64,000 nucleotides of DNA from Peptococcaceae bacterium BRH_c8a (GCA_000961575.1 LADP01000036.1:24283-88282), one strand, 5' to 3'; counted from the first letter of the stretch, positions 9,880 through 20,787 are shown. Notes: generated from the letters alone by a model not told the origin. Translations and numbers: made by a program.

Positions 9880-11190
9880 TTGCCACAAGCTCTTACCATT
9901 GTCGGCGCAGGGCTGGCCGGTTCTGAAGCCGCCTGGCAGGCCGCCTGCAGGGGGGTACCTGTGCGCCTGTACGAAATGCGGCCTTTCAAGAGCTCTCCGG
10001 CCCATCATACCGAGCATTTCGCCGAACTGGTCTGTAGCAATTCCCTGCGGGCAACGGCACTGGAAAATGCCGTAGGTCTGTTAAAAGAAGAAATGCGCAA
10101 GATGGATTCCATCATCATACGGTGTGCCGATGAAAACTCGGTTCCGGCCGGCGGTGCTCTGGCCGTAGACAGGGAAGGCTTCGCCCGGTCAGTGACCCGG
10201 ATCCTGGAGAATCACCCGCTGGTTGAGGTTGTTCGGGAAGAGTTCACCGGTAATAACAGTGGTATAACGGTAATAGCAACGGGGCCGCTTACATCCGAAG
10301 CACTAGCAGAGAAACTTAAAACAATTACAGGCCGAGAATACCTGTATTTTCATGACGCAGTGGCTCCAATCGTCGCTTTGGATTCAATTGATTTGAACAA
10401 GGCCTTCTGGTCTTCCCGGTATGACCGGGGCACAGATGACTATCTTAACTGTCCAATGAATCGGGAAGAATATGAATTGTTTCGGAATGCGCTAGCGGCT
10501 GCTGAACGTGCACCCCGTAAAGATTTTGAGCAGGAAAAAAATTTTGAAGGCTGTATGCCCATTGAAATTTTGGCCCGGCGGGGAATGGACACCATGCGTT
10601 TTGGCCCGCTTAAACCGGTTGGTCTTATGGATCCGCGTACAGACAGGAGGCCTTACGCGGTTGTACAATTACGCATTGATAACGCCGCCGGCACGCTTTT
10701 AAATCTCGTAGGATTTCAGACCCACCTCAAGTGGAGCGAACAAAAAAGGGTGTTCAGTATGATCCCCGGGCTTGAAAGAGCTGAATTCGTCCGTTACGGG
10801 GTGATGCACCGCAATACATATATTAATTCACCCGTTCTTTTGCACCCAACCTATCAGTGCAAAAGTGAAAGCCGGTTTTTCTTTGCCGGCCAAATAACCG
10901 GTGTTGAAGGCTACGTAGAATCAGCGGCCTCAGGTCTGGTGGCGGGCGTTAACGCCGCCCGGTTAGTTCTTGGACATCAACCACTGGCACCGCCCAGTGA
11001 ATCTGCACTAGGAGCGCTGGCTTACTATATAACCTCCGCAGACCCGGATAAATTTCAGCCCATGAATATCACTTTCGGGCTGTTCCCACCGCTGAATGAA
11101 AAAATTAAGGACCGTAAAAAGCGTAATGCCACCTACGCGCAAAGGGCGCTGGACGGCCTGGAAAGCTGGAGGAAATCAGCGGGGCTGTGA
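9880..11190 (+). CDS. trmFO: Folate-dependent tRNA (m5U54) methyltransferase TrmFO
   Basis: FAD fold [15 protein letters not shown] and conserved HF.ELVCSNS..., [14 protein letters not shown]. Probable TTG start at 9880, 6 nt after GGAGGG. Confidence 0.9.
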   Translation: MPQALTIVGAGLAGSEAAWQAACRGVPVRLYEMRPFKSSPAHHTEHFAELVCSNSLRATALENAVGLLKEEMRKMDSIIIRCADENSVPAGGALAVDREGFARSVTRILENHPLVEVVREEFTGNNSGITVIATGPLTSEALAEKLKTITGREYLYFHDAVAPIVALDSIDLNKAFWSSRYDRGTDDYLNCPMNREEYELFRNALAAAERAPRKDFEQEKNFEGCMPIEILARRGMDTMRFGPLKPVGLMDPRTDRRPYAVVQLRIDNAAGTLLNLVGFQTHLKWSEQKRVFSMIPGLERAEFVRYGVMHRNTYINSPVLLHPTYQCKSESRFFFAGQITGVEGYVESAASGLVAGVNAARLVLGHQPLAPPSESALGALAYYITSADPDKFQPMNITFGLFPPLNEKIKDRKKRNATYAQRALDGLESWRKSAGL

Positions 11191-11193
11191 GGA

Positions 11194-12111
11194 GTGGTAC
11201 AAGTGTACGGTTATTTTGATGGCTTTTTAATATACCTGCAAGTCGAGAAGAACGCCTCACCGCATACAGTGCAAAACTACCAACGGGATCTGTTTGACGG
11301 GCTGACCTTTTTTGCGCGTGAATTAAGCCGGGATGATTATACTTTACATCCATCGGAAATCACCGTTGTATTATTCAGGAACTATTTAGCAGACATGCGG
11401 GCAAGAAATAAAGCGGGTGCTACAATATCAAGACGGCTTTCTTCCTGGCGTTCCTTTTACCGCCATATTTGCAGGGAAGGGGTACTTAATGAAAACCCGT
11501 TGCGCAGGATCAGTAACCCCAGGCGGGAAAAAAAACTGCCCGGGTTTCTGGCCGAAGAGGATATGGCCAAACTGGTGGAGGTTCCTGAGCGTAGCAGTAT
11601 ACTCGGCATCCGTGACCGGGCGGTTTTGGAAACACTTTACGGTACGGGCATCAGGGTATCAGAAATGGTGGGGATCGACATCGGTGATGTAGATTTTAAA
11701 CGGGCCGCCGTCAAGGTTACCGGTAAAGGTAATCGGGAGAGGATCGCGCCGCTGGGGGAATTTGCTGTTAGTGCTTTAAACATATACATAAAAAAAGCCC
11801 GGACTATGCTGATAAGTAAACGCACCGGTCGGGTTGACGCCCTTTTTTTAAACAACCGGGGCGGGCGACTGACGGATCGCGGCGTGCGCTGGTTGATTAA
11901 ACGGTATGCAAATCTGGTAAGAATAGATCCTGAAACCAGTCCGCACACTTTTCGCCATTCATACGCCACCCATATGCTTGATCACGGGGCGGATCTCCGG
12001 GCGGTGCAGGAACTTTTAGGGCACGCCCGTCTTTCCACCACCCAAATATATACTCACCTTAGTCGGGAACGTGTCAAGCGTATATATGACAAGACACACC
12101 CAAGAGCGTGA
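11194..12111 (+). CDS. xerC: Tyrosine recombinase XerC (CodV-like)
   Basis: N-terminal SAM-like domain and C-terminal catalytic R...HxxRHSYATH...Y signature. Position upstream of hslVU-codY matches Bacillus codV. An alternative GTG start lies at 11203. Confidence 0.85.
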   Translation: MVQVYGYFDGFLIYLQVEKNASPHTVQNYQRDLFDGLTFFARELSRDDYTLHPSEITVVLFRNYLADMRARNKAGATISRRLSSWRSFYRHICREGVLNENPLRRISNPRREKKLPGFLAEEDMAKLVEVPERSSILGIRDRAVLETLYGTGIRVSEMVGIDIGDVDFKRAAVKVTGKGNRERIAPLGEFAVSALNIYIKKARTMLISKRTGRVDALFLNNRGGRLTDRGVRWLIKRYANLVRIDPETSPHTFRHSYATHMLDHGADLRAVQELLGHARLSTTQIYTHLSRERVKRIYDKTHPRA

Positions 12112-12168
12112 GGCGTTATGTAGTACTCACAAAAATTGGCGTTACCTTATTCATGGAGGGAACTATTA

Positions 12169-12705
12169 ATGAGCGACTTTCATGCCACTACCATTGTGGC
12201 AGTTAAAAAAGGCCAGGACGTAGCCATAGCCGGTGACGGTCAGGTTACTTTTGGTCAAAATACCGTCCTAAAGCATAACGCCCGTAAGCTGCGCCGTTTG
12301 CACGGCAACGCGGTGTTAGCAGGTTTTGCCGGTTCGGTCTCAGATGCGCTCACTTTATTTGAAAAATTTGAGGGTAAGCTGGAGAGCTACCAGGGGAACA
12401 TGAAAAAAGCAGCAGTGGAATTAGCCAAAGACTGGCGTACCGATAAGTATCTGCGTCGCCTGGAAGCTCTGCTGGTGGTGGTGGATAAAGAGTGCATTCT
12501 TGTGATCAGCGGCAGCGGCGAAGTAATTGAACCAGATGACGGTATTGTTGCCGTTGGATCGGGTGGCCCGTACGCACTTGCGGCCGCAAGAGCGTTGGCC
12601 AGGTATACCGACATGCCAGCAACCGAGGTAGTGGGAAAGGCGCTGGCCATTGCTGCCGAAATATGCGTATACACTAATGACAGAATTACCGTGGAAACAC
12701 TGTAA
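12169..12705 (+). CDS. hslV: ATP-dependent protease subunit HslV (ClpQ)
   Basis: [15 protein letters not shown]-terminus with GGAGGG SD before the ATG at 12169. GDGQVT and GSGG motifs are present. Confidence 0.9.
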   Translation: MSDFHATTIVAVKKGQDVAIAGDGQVTFGQNTVLKHNARKLRRLHGNAVLAGFAGSVSDALTLFEKFEGKLESYQGNMKKAAVELAKDWRTDKYLRRLEALLVVVDKECILVISGSGEVIEPDDGIVAVGSGGPYALAAARALARYTDMPATEVVGKALAIAAEICVYTNDRITVETL

Positions 12706-12710
12706 CTGCC

Positions 12711-12791
12711 CAGTAGTCAGTAGTCAGTAGTCAGAATGGGGAAACGCATTAATGATATTTACGTATTCTGAATTCTGACTCCTGACTACTG
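12711..12791 (+). repeat. Heptamer-array palindromic element, copy A (hslV-hslU spacer)
   Basis: Left arm CAGTAGTCAGTAGTCAGTAGTCAGAAT pairs with right arm ATTCTGAATTCTGACTCCTGACTACTG at 24 of 27 positions. The loop is 27 nt. Confidence 0.9.
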
Positions 12792-12825
12792 AGTGCTTCA
12801 TTTTAAAAACCGGGGGGATTCGTTG

Positions 12826-14226
12826 ATGGAATCACTTACACCCAAGGAAATAGTAGCCGAACTGGATAAGTACGTGGTGGGCCAGGGCCAGGCTAAAAAA
12901 GCCGTGGCTATTGCCCTGCGCAATAGGTACCGTCGAAATAAGCTGCCCGAGGATCTAATGGACGAGGTAATGCCCAAGAACATCCTCATGATTGGGCCTA
13001 CCGGTGTAGGGAAAACTGAAATCGCCAGGCGGTTGGCCAAGCTGGTCAGTGCGCCGTTCATAAAGGTAGAAGCTACTAAATTTACCGAGGTGGGGTACGT
13101 CGGCCGGGACGTTGAGTCCATGGTTCGTGACTTGGTGGAAACATCTATTAGGATGGTTCGTCAGGAAAAAATGACTCAGGTAGAGGATAAAGCCAAGAAA
13201 TTAGCCGATGAGCGGATTATTGAATTATTGGCGCCAATGCCGCGGCAGGATAAACAGGTTAAGAATCCGCTGGAAATGATATTTGGTACAACTAAGACAG
13301 CGGATCAGGGAGATGAAAACCGTTACGAACAGATGGCCAGTCGCATACGTTTTGAACGGGAGACGCTACGGGAAAAAATGGAACGCGGTGAACTGGAACA
13401 AGAGTTTGTAGAAATTGAAGTGGAAGATACCAAGCCGCCAATGATGGAAGTGTTTAGTGGGTCCGGGGTAGAGGAGATGGGCATTAATATTGGCGACATG
13501 TTGGGCAATCTGCTGCCAAAAAAGAAGCACCAACGCAGGGTAACTGTTACTGAAGCACGTAAAATTATTACCCAGCAAGAAGCACACAAGCTAATTGATA
13601 TGGATGAAGTCTCAACTGCTGCAGTAAACAGGGCTGAAAACAGCGGCATTATTTTCCTTGATGAAATCGATAAAATAGCAGTAAGAGATGGCGGTGCCGG
13701 CCCTGATGTTTCTCGTGGCGGGGTGCAGCGGGATATCTTACCCGTGGTGGAGGGTTCCACAGTGATGACTAAATACGGCCCGGTTAAGACCGACCATGTC
13801 TTATTTATTGCTGCCGGGGCGTTTCACATGTCTAAACCGTCGGATCTAATTCCTGAACTGCAGGGGCGCTTTCCAATCAGGGTAGAATTATCCAGCCTTA
13901 CCAGGGATGAATTTTTGCAGATATTAACTGAGCCAAAAAATTCCTTAATCAGGCAATATATCGAATTATTGCGCACTGAGGGGCTTGAGCTCAACTTCTC
14001 GCAAAAATCCCTTGTGAAAATTGCCGAAATCGCTTATACTGTTAATGAGCAAACGGAAAACATCGGTGCCAGAAGGCTTCACACCATTGTTGAGAAGCTG
14101 CTTGAAGACATTTCTTTTGAGGCCGCGGATCTAACCGTCGGTTCTTTTGACGTTAATGAAGACTACGTGTCGAAAAAGCTTTCAGATATTGCCGGGGACA
14201 GGGATTTAAGCAGGTATATCCTTTAA
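12826..14226 (+). CDS. hslU: ATP-dependent protease ATPase subunit HslU (ClpY)
   Basis: [17 protein letters not shown], Walker [26 protein letters not shown]. Confidence 0.95.
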   Translation: MESLTPKEIVAELDKYVVGQGQAKKAVAIALRNRYRRNKLPEDLMDEVMPKNILMIGPTGVGKTEIARRLAKLVSAPFIKVEATKFTEVGYVGRDVESMVRDLVETSIRMVRQEKMTQVEDKAKKLADERIIELLAPMPRQDKQVKNPLEMIFGTTKTADQGDENRYEQMASRIRFERETLREKMERGELEQEFVEIEVEDTKPPMMEVFSGSGVEEMGINIGDMLGNLLPKKKHQRRVTVTEARKIITQQEAHKLIDMDEVSTAAVNRAENSGIIFLDEIDKIAVRDGGAGPDVSRGGVQRDILPVVEGSTVMTKYGPVKTDHVLFIAAGAFHMSKPSDLIPELQGRFPIRVELSSLTRDEFLQILTEPKNSLIRQYIELLRTEGLELNFSQKSLVKIAEIAYTVNEQTENIGARRLHTIVEKLLEDISFEAADLTVGSFDVNEDYVSKKLSDIAGDRDLSRYIL

Positions 14227-14417
14227 GTGAGTTAGTGTTTGATAAGGAGTACAAGAGCATTAGAAGTTAATGATTTTTATTTATCATGGTATGTGTTTTA
14301 TATCCCCCGTTGTGGCAAAATACAAATTAAATATAAATATGTATGTTGAATATTCACTGATTATCAAAAATAAAAAAATAAACAAGAATAATTGGTTCAG
14401 AAAAGAGGCGATGAGAT

Positions 14418-15200
14418 TTGAGAGGCTTGCTGGAAAAGACCCGTTCCATAAACAAAGTACTGCAAAAATCAGCGGGCTATCCGGTTGACTTCAAGGAAAT
14501 TGCCGCAATCCTGAGTGAGAACATAGAGTGCAGCGTTTATATCCTTGACCGTCGGGGGAAAGTTTTGGGGTATACTTACCTTAGAGGTTTTGTTTGCGAA
14601 ATAATGGAAGGCATAGTGGAATCTTTGGCCGGTTTTCCCGAAGATTACAACGAAAATCTATTAAGAATTATTGAAACCCATGCCAACATCTGTCAGACCT
14701 TAAACGTCTGCGCTTTTCAAAATGACAAGAAATGCCAGTATAGCAAGGTAACCACTGTGGTACCTATCGTGGGTGGCGGTACCAGGTTGGGAACGCTAGT
14801 ATTGGCCAAATATGACCGCAACTTTTACGATGAAGACCTTATTTTGGCTGAACTGGGTGCCACTGTGGTGGGTATGGAAATATTACGAGCCCGGCAGGAT
14901 CGGATGGAAGAAGAGGCCAGAAAGCGGGCCGCTGTGCAAATTGCGTTGGGCACGCTCTCTTATTCCGAAATGGATGCTGTGCACCATATTTTTGAACAAC
15001 TTGAGGGTGATGAAGGTCTTTTGGTAGCCAGTAAAATTGCAGACCGGGTGGGTATCACCAGATCCGTTATTGTGAACGCCCTGCGTAAGTTTGAAAGTGC
15101 CGGGGTTATTGAATCCAAGTCACTGGGCATGAAGGGAACTTACATTAAGGTTCTTAACGACCGTTTGCTTGAGGAACTAGATCGTCTTAAACATCAATAG
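14418..15200 (+). CDS. codY: GTP-sensing pleiotropic repressor CodY
   Basis: [14 protein letters not shown]-terminus (TTG start), GAF-like domain, and a C-terminal w[29 protein letters not shown]. Confidence 0.9.
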   Translation: MRGLLEKTRSINKVLQKSAGYPVDFKEIAAILSENIECSVYILDRRGKVLGYTYLRGFVCEIMEGIVESLAGFPEDYNENLLRIIETHANICQTLNVCAFQNDKKCQYSKVTTVVPIVGGGTRLGTLVLAKYDRNFYDEDLILAELGATVVGMEILRARQDRMEEEARKRAAVQIALGTLSYSEMDAVHHIFEQLEGDEGLLVASKIADRVGITRSVIVNALRKFESAGVIESKSLGMKGTYIKVLNDRLLEELDRLKHQ

Positions 15201-15216
15201 TATAACGGAATCAAAT

Positions 15217-15245
15217 GACCGCGGCATCTCGGCGGTCTTTTTTTA
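15217..15245 (+). terminator. Rho-independent terminator after codY
   Basis: GACCGC ... GCGGTC stem followed by a run of 8 T. Confidence 0.85.
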
Positions 15246-15257
15246 TTGCGGGTAATC

Positions 15258-15286
15258 TTGCCACCGCCTTAAGTTTGTGTTAGAAT
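15258..15286 (+). promoter_or_regulatory. Sigma-A-type promoter for rpsB-tsf
   Basis: TTGCCA, 17-nt spacer, TAGAAT. A leader of roughly 110 nt with GGTCCCC/GGGGCC hairpins precedes the rpsB SD. Confidence 0.5.
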
Positions 15287-15401
15287 ACATGCTGGTGCGA
15301 AATACACACGCGGCCCGATTTTGGTAAGCGGTCCCCTATATGGGGCCTTACTGGAAAATGAAGACCGCGGAGGGAAAAACCGGTGGGAGGAGGTGTAACT
15401 A

Positions 15402-16106
15402 ATGGCCATAATTTCAATGAAGCAGTTGCTAGAAGCAGGCGTTCACTTCGGGCACCAAACCCGGAGATGGAATCCCAAGATGGCACCTTTTATTTTTACT
15501 GACAGGAATGGTATTTATATTATCGACCTGCAGAAAACCGTTAAAAAAGTTGAGGAAGCCTACAATTTTGTTAGATCCGTTGTTCAGGATGGTGGCTCAA
15601 TTCTTTTCGTGGGTACCAAAAAGCAGGCTCAGGAATCGGTCCGGGAAGAGTCCGAACGATGCGGTATGTTTTATGTGAACCAGCGCTGGTTGGGTGGTAT
15701 GATGACTAACTTCCAAACCATTCGCAAGCGTATTGACAGACTGCATGAGCTGGAGCGTATGGAACAAAACGGGATTGCCGAAAAGCTGCCCAAGAAGGAA
15801 GTAGCCGAGTTAATGCACGAGAAAGAAAGACTGAGCAAATTCCTGAGCGGCATCAAGGATATGCGGCGTTTGCCAAGCGCTATGTTTGTTATCGACCCGC
15901 GCAAAGAGCGCATTGCTGTTGCTGAAGGGCGCAAACTGGGAATCCCCATTGTAGCCATCGTAGATACCAACTGCGATCCCGATGAAATTGATTACATTAT
16001 ACCAGGCAACGATGACGCCATCAGGGCGGTCAGACTGTTGACCAGCAAAATGGCTGATGCAGTGCTTGAAGGTAAGCAGGGAGAACAGGTTGCGGTAGCA
16101 GAGTAA
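15402..16106 (+). CDS. rpsB: 30S ribosomal protein S2
   Basis: [22 protein letters not shown] signature; GGAGGAGG SD. Confidence 0.95.
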   Translation: MAIISMKQLLEAGVHFGHQTRRWNPKMAPFIFTDRNGIYIIDLQKTVKKVEEAYNFVRSVVQDGGSILFVGTKKQAQESVREESERCGMFYVNQRWLGGMMTNFQTIRKRIDRLHELERMEQNGIAEKLPKKEVAELMHEKERLSKFLSGIKDMRRLPSAMFVIDPRKERIAVAEGRKLGIPIVAIVDTNCDPDEIDYIIPGNDDAIRAVRLLTSKMADAVLEGKQGEQVAVAE

Positions 16107-16116
16107 AGAAAACGGT

Positions 16117-16153
16117 GGGGGTTTAACCGTAAAGGGTAACCCCTGCCTTTTTT
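16117..16153 (+). terminator. Probable terminator/attenuator after rpsB
   Basis: GGGGTT ... AACCCC stem followed by TGCCTTTTTTCTG. Confidence 0.55.
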
Positions 16154-16211
16154 CTGTCTTAAAAACGGTTTGTTTGAATTTTGCAAAAGAGGAAATAATA
16201 TTAATTACTTG

Positions 16212-16360
16212 GAATTCAGTAGTCAGAATTCAGGAGTCAGAATAAAAGAACCGGCATTCGCCGTCTCTATAACAATGAATATTACGGATAAAAGCATTAT
16301 ACTAAGGGTATTTTGACTATCGACTTCTGACTACTGAAATCTGAATTTCGAATATCTGAC
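16212..16360 (+). repeat. Heptamer-array palindromic element, copy B (rpsB-tsf spacer)
   Basis: Left arm GAATTCAGTAGTCAGAATTCAGGAGTCAGAAT, then a 66-nt spacer starting AAAAGAACCGGCATTCGCCGTCTC. Right arm ATTTTGACTATCGACTTCTGACTACTGAAATCTGAATTTCGAATATCTGAC. Confidence 0.9.
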
Positions 16361-16405
16361 AAATAGTAACAAATACTTTATGCATTAGTAGGGAGGATGA
16401 TTATT

Positions 16406-17059
16406 ATGGCTGATATATCTGCAGCAAGTGTTAAGGAATTGCGCGAAAGAACCGGGGCTGGGATGATGGATTGTAAAAAGGCTCTGGTGGAGACTAACGG
16501 TGATGTGGCAAAGGCCGGCGATTACTTGCGTGAGAAGGGCCTTGCTGCTGCGGCTAAAAAGGCAGGTCGGGTAACCGCTGAAGGCCTCGTTGAATCATAT
16601 ATACACGGTGGGGGCAAAATCGGGGTGCTGGTAGAAATAAACTGCGAAACCGATTTTGTAGCTAAGACAGATGAGTTTAAAGCCCTGGTACGAGACATAG
16701 CCATGCAAATCGCCGCAGCCAAACCCGAGTATGTAAGTAGGGAAGAAGTGCCTGAAGAGTTAATAACCAAGGAGAAAGAGATTTTGGCTGTCCAGGCGGC
16801 TAACGAAGGTAAACCAGAAAAAATTATTCAAAAAATGGTAGAAGGAAGGATAGAAAAGTTTTATAAAGAATTATGCCTTCTAGAACAACCATTTGTGAAG
16901 GATCCCGATAAGACCGTAAAGCAGCTGATTGCCGAAAAAATTTCTAAAATCGGTGAGAATATCTCGATGCGCAGGTTTGTCCGTTTCGAGCTGGGCGAAG
17001 GTCTTGAAAAAAGACAAGATGACTTTGCCGCCGAGGTTGCAGCTCAGGCAAAGAAATAA
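16406..17059 (+). CDS. tsf: Elongation factor Ts
   Basis: [24 protein letters not shown] signature. GGGAGG SD lies 9 nt before the ATG at 16406. Confidence 0.95.
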   Translation: MADISAASVKELRERTGAGMMDCKKALVETNGDVAKAGDYLREKGLAAAAKKAGRVTAEGLVESYIHGGGKIGVLVEINCETDFVAKTDEFKALVRDIAMQIAAAKPEYVSREEVPEELITKEKEILAVQAANEGKPEKIIQKMVEGRIEKFYKELCLLEQPFVKDPDKTVKQLIAEKISKIGENISMRRFVRFELGEGLEKRQDDFAAEVAAQAKK

Positions 17060-17189
17060 GTTAGAGTGCGATTTTTTTGCTAATGCGGAGGAACTTTAAC
17101 CCTAATATATTTGATTTTACCGGCCGGGAAAAAGGATCTAAATTATTGGTGTAGAACTATAAGTATGACCGGAGGTTAAAATTCTCTTT

Positions 17190-17939
17190 ATGGACAAAGC
17201 CAAATATAAAAGGTTAATCTTAAAACTTAGTGGTGAAGCACTTGCCGGCTCCAAAGGATACGGTATTGACCCGGAAGTTGTATACTCCATCGCGGTTCAA
17301 ATAAAGGAAGTGGTGGAGATTGGTGCACAGATATCAATTGTTGTGGGCGGTGGGAACATATGGCGCGGGGTGGCCGGTAGTACCAAGGGCATGGATCGGG
17401 CCACTGCTGACTATATGGGCATGCTGGCCACAGTAATCAATTCCCTGGCTTTACAAGATGCTTTGTCCAAACACGATGTCGACACCAGGGTGCAGACTGC
17501 TATAGAAATGCGCGAGGTGGCCGAACCGTACATTCGCAGACGGGCTATCAGACATCTAGAAAAAGGCCGGGTGGTTATTTTCGCTGCCGGGACAGGTAAC
17601 CCTTATTTTTCGACCGATACAACCGCGGCACTAAGGGCGGCGGAAATTGAAGCAGAAATTATTTTGATGGCCAAACAAGTGGACGGAGTTTACGACTCTG
17701 ATCCGATGAAAAATAGTAACGCCAAGAAATTTAGTACTCTAAGTTATATAGACGTTTTGAATATGGGACTTGGAGTAATGGATTCCACTGCTACATCCCT
17801 TTGTATGGATAACCGCATCCCACTGCTGGTATTTAACTTGAACGACCGGGGTAACATCAGGCGGGCTGTGATGGGAGAAAATGTTGGAACGTATGTTGGG
17901 GGTGACAATAATGGCAAATCCTCTACTTTCCGAAGCTGA
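17190..17939 (+). CDS. pyrH: UMP kinase
   Basis: [23 protein letters not shown] and [17 protein letters not shown] motifs. The 3' end overlaps frr by 29 nt. Confidence 0.9.
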   Translation: MDKAKYKRLILKLSGEALAGSKGYGIDPEVVYSIAVQIKEVVEIGAQISIVVGGGNIWRGVAGSTKGMDRATADYMGMLATVINSLALQDALSKHDVDTRVQTAIEMREVAEPYIRRRAIRHLEKGRVVIFAAGTGNPYFSTDTTAALRAAEIEAEIILMAKQVDGVYDSDPMKNSNAKKFSTLSYIDVLNMGLGVMDSTATSLCMDNRIPLLVFNLNDRGNIRRAVMGENVGTYVGGDNNGKSSTFRS

Positions 17940-18468
17940 GAGTAACATGAAAAAAACGGTAGAAGTGGTAAATAAGGAATTCGGTTCGCTTCGTGCCGGA
18001 CGGGCCACTCCTTCTTTGCTGGATAAGATTGCAGTGAATTATTACGGTACACCCACACCGATAAACCAGATGGCCAATATTTCGACCCCGGAAGCACGTT
18101 TATTGGTCATCCAGCCATGGGATAAATCCGCGATGCCCGAAATGGAAAAGGCCATTATGAAATCCGACCTGGGCATAACCCCGATGAGCGACGGCAATGT
18201 GATCAGATTAGCTATCCCACAACTGACCAAAGAGAGAAGGGCCGAACTGGTTAAGGTTATTAAAAAGAAGGCCGAGGAAGGTCGGGTGGCAGTCCGTAAT
18301 TTACGGCGGGATGCCAACGATAATTTAAAAACCCAGCAAAAAAACGGGGAAATATCAGAAGATGAACAGCGTCGTCTGCAAGATGAGGTGCAAAAGCTTA
18401 CTGACAAGTACATAAAGGAAATAGATGAGCTTTTGTCAGTCAAGGAAAAGGAGATCATGACGGTCTGA
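17911..18468 (+). CDS. frr: Ribosome recycling factor
   Basis: [15 protein letters not shown] and [11 protein letters not shown] signatures. GGGGGTGA SD lies before the ATG at 17911. Confidence 0.9.
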   Translation: MANPLLSEAESNMKKTVEVVNKEFGSLRAGRATPSLLDKIAVNYYGTPTPINQMANISTPEARLLVIQPWDKSAMPEMEKAIMKSDLGITPMSDGNVIRLAIPQLTKERRAELVKVIKKKAEEGRVAVRNLRRDANDNLKTQQKNGEISEDEQRRLQDEVQKLTDKYIKEIDELLSVKEKEIMTV

Positions 18469-18469
18469 T

Positions 18470-18667
18470 ATGGAGTGTTTGGAACTTTTAGCCGGAGAAC
18501 TGGAGCAGGCGCTAAAGACATGCCGTGCATCCGGGTGGGGTGTTGAGGTCGAGTATACATCTCCACCAAAGAATGAACTAACCGGACAGTTCAGGGTGGT
18601 ACGGTGTATTTGCCTTGCCGAAAAAAAATTGTTGTTAACGGTGGCCAGAGAAGTTCCCGGAAAATAA
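18470..18667 (+). CDS. Hypothetical 65-aa protein, tightly coupled to frr
   Basis: The ATG is 1 nt after the frr TGA and there is no recognisable SD of its own. I do not recognise the family, and it may not be translated. Confidence 0.3.
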   Translation: MECLELLAGELEQALKTCRASGWGVEVEYTSPPKNELTGQFRVVRCICLAEKKLLLTVAREVPGK

Positions 18668-18839
18668 AAAGAGTTTCATAAAATGATTGTTCGAAAAGGA
18701 ACACGAGAAAGCCGAACCGCGCAGATGGAAAGGTAGTTTTCATCATTTTATTGCTTAATTACGATGATGGCATAGAAAATGCAATAGATAAATCTCGCGC
18801 AGACTTTTCGAACTTCGTCAAGAGAAAGGAGGTGTGAAA

Positions 18840-19007
18840 GTGGCTTATAAGATAACTGATGAATGTTTGGCTTGCGGGACCTGCCTCGAATCCTGCCCCA
18901 ACGAAGCAATCGTTGAGGGCGATATCTACAAAATAGACACGGATAAATGTGAAGATTGTGGAACGTGTGTCGAGGAGTGCCCTACCGGTGCTATTATTGA
19001 AGAATAA
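18840..19007 (+). CDS. 2x[4Fe-4S] ferredoxin (55 aa), not in the ORF track
   Basis: AAGGAGGTG SD, GTG start, and translation MAYKITDECLACGTCLESCPNEAIVEGDIYKIDTDKCEDCGTCVEECPTGAIIEE with two CxxCxxCxxxCP motifs. A strong terminator follows. Confidence 0.8.
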   Translation: MAYKITDECLACGTCLESCPNEAIVEGDIYKIDTDKCEDCGTCVEECPTGAIIEE

Positions 19008-19015
19008 CCATACTA

Positions 19016-19045
19016 CCCCCTCGCTGCCAGAGGGGGTTATTTTAT
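19016..19045 (+). terminator. Rho-independent terminator after ferredoxin
   Basis: CCCCCT ... AGGGGG stem followed by TTATTTTA. Confidence 0.8.
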
Positions 19046-19166
19046 AGTTTAGAATAAACGAGTCAAATTTATGCAGGCCTAAAAAAAACTTTGTATGTAC
19101 AGTGCATTTTCATAAGTGATGCTCCTTGATTTAAAGTTTAGAGGGTGCGGGAAAGGAGACTGCCGT

Positions 19167-19967
19167 GTGTTTAAACGGCTGTTGGGCAACCGCAGTAAAA
19201 ACGCTGAAAAGTCAGTTGGCGTGAATAGTGAACAGAATTTAATGGAACAGCTGGACTTATCCAAATTACCTGTGCATGTAGCTATTATAATGGACGGCAA
19301 CGGACGTTGGGCTGTCAGGATGGGTAAACCCCGGTCGTTTGGGCACAGAACCGGTGTCAAGGCGTTACGACAAGTTGTTGAACTGTGCGTGGAACTAAAA
19401 ATCAGGCACCTTACTGTTTACGCATTTTCCACCGAAAACTGGAAACGTCCGCGGGAAGAAATCAATGTTTTAATGGATTTATTAGTAGAATATCTTTATA
19501 AGGAAATAGATGAGCTTTGCGCCAATAATGTAAAAATAAACCCTATAGGTATTCTCTCTGAACTGCCGGAAAAAGCCCGGGAAGCCGTATATGCCGCCAG
19601 GGAAAGAAGCCGCGATAACACCGGCCTGGTATTTAATGTAGCTTTAAATTACGGGGGCCGAGCTGAATTGGTACAGGCGATCCGGGAAATAGCTGAAAAG
19701 ATTAACGGTAATCAGTTAAGGGTGGAGGATATCGATGGTGGAGTGCTGGCCGCTCACCTCTATACAGCAGGACAGCCGGATCCCGACTTGCTTATCCGAC
19801 CATCCGGGGATTACCGGTTAAGCAATTTCTTACTGTGGCAATTAGCTTATACGGAATTTTGGATGACGGATACCATGTGGCCGGATTTTGGCAAACGTGA
19901 TCTTCTAAAAGCTTTTCTGGATTTTCAAAGCCGGGAGAGACGTTTTGGAGGATTAATACGCAATTGA
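19167..19967 (+). CDS. uppS: Undecaprenyl diphosphate synthase
   Basis: VAIIMDGNGRWA, FSTENWKRP and LIRPSGDYRLSNFLLWQ signatures. GGAG lies 8 nt before the GTG at 19167 (track ORF starts at 19116). Confidence 0.9.
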   Translation: MFKRLLGNRSKNAEKSVGVNSEQNLMEQLDLSKLPVHVAIIMDGNGRWAVRMGKPRSFGHRTGVKALRQVVELCVELKIRHLTVYAFSTENWKRPREEINVLMDLLVEYLYKEIDELCANNVKINPIGILSELPEKAREAVYAARERSRDNTGLVFNVALNYGGRAELVQAIREIAEKINGNQLRVEDIDGGVLAAHLYTAGQPDPDLLIRPSGDYRLSNFLLWQLAYTEFWMTDTMWPDFGKRDLLKAFLDFQSRERRFGGLIRN

Positions 19968-19988
19968 GATATTCGGGTTGGTGATTAA

Positions 19989-20777
19989 GTGTTTGGGCTT
20001 AGGTTATTAAGTGCCCTGGTAGGTATTCCGCTGCTGGTGGCGGCTGTCTGGTACGGAGGTTTATACCTCCTGGCGGTGTCTGCTGCACTGATGATTCTTG
20101 GAGCACGGGAATTGAGCCGCATATGCAACCGGGCTAATTTACAGGCACCCCTGCCGCTGATGCTGGCGGGCTGTCTGGTATTGCTGGTATTTACTTATAT
20201 ATTTCGGGATGGATTTCCGGGGCCGGCTATTATAACTATATTGTTAATGTATCTTATTGCAGTAGTAAAGCTTTACCCTCGTTTAACTCCGCTGGATGCG
20301 GCCATTACTTTTGCCGGAACCCTTTATGTAGGCTTAATTCTATATTTTTATCTAATTAGCACCTTGAGTGACGGTTGGATATGGCTTGTTTTCATGCTTG
20401 CTTGCACCTGGGCCAGCGATACCATGGCTTACCTGGTGGGCCGTAAATGGGGCAAACACAGGATTGCACCTGCTCTTAGCCCGGGCAAGACTGTAGAAGG
20501 TGCCGTGGGCGGGGTGTTGGGCAGTATTCTGGCGGCGGCAATGGTTATTTTTTTTAACCCTCATTTATCGGTGGCTTTTGTACTGGTACTTGGTACGCTG
20601 GTTGGAATTGCAGCCCAGGTAGGAGACCTGGTGGAGTCGGCTATCAAAAGACAAGCGGGAATTAAGGACGCCGGAGGTTTAATACCGGGACACGGTGGTA
20701 TTCTTGACCGTTTTGACAGTATGTTGTTTACAGCCCCACTGGTATACTACTATGTGGGCCAGATTATAATAACTTGA
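19989..20777 (+). CDS. cdsA: Phosphatidate cytidylyltransferase
   Basis: Polytopic membrane protein with the C-terminal SAIKRQAGIKDAG.LIPGHGGILDRFDS signature. Confidence 0.9.
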   Translation: MFGLRLLSALVGIPLLVAAVWYGGLYLLAVSAALMILGARELSRICNRANLQAPLPLMLAGCLVLLVFTYIFRDGFPGPAIITILLMYLIAVVKLYPRLTPLDAAITFAGTLYVGLILYFYLISTLSDGWIWLVFMLACTWASDTMAYLVGRKWGKHRIAPALSPGKTVEGAVGGVLGSILAAAMVIFFNPHLSVAFVLVLGTLVGIAAQVGDLVESAIKRQAGIKDAGGLIPGHGGILDRFDSMLFTAPLVYYYVGQIIIT

Positions 20778-20787
20778 GGTGAGCTAG

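Noticed and set aside
14380-14400. Possible CodY box (AATTGGTTCAGAAAAG) upstream of codY
   Set aside because: Aligned to the AATTTTCWGAAAATT consensus it has about 6 mismatches, which is too weak to call.
14270-14488. 72-aa ORF in the AT-rich hslU-codY spacer
   Set aside because: The translation is low-complexity and AT-driven (KNKKINKNN), it overlaps the codY start in another frame, and it has no SD.
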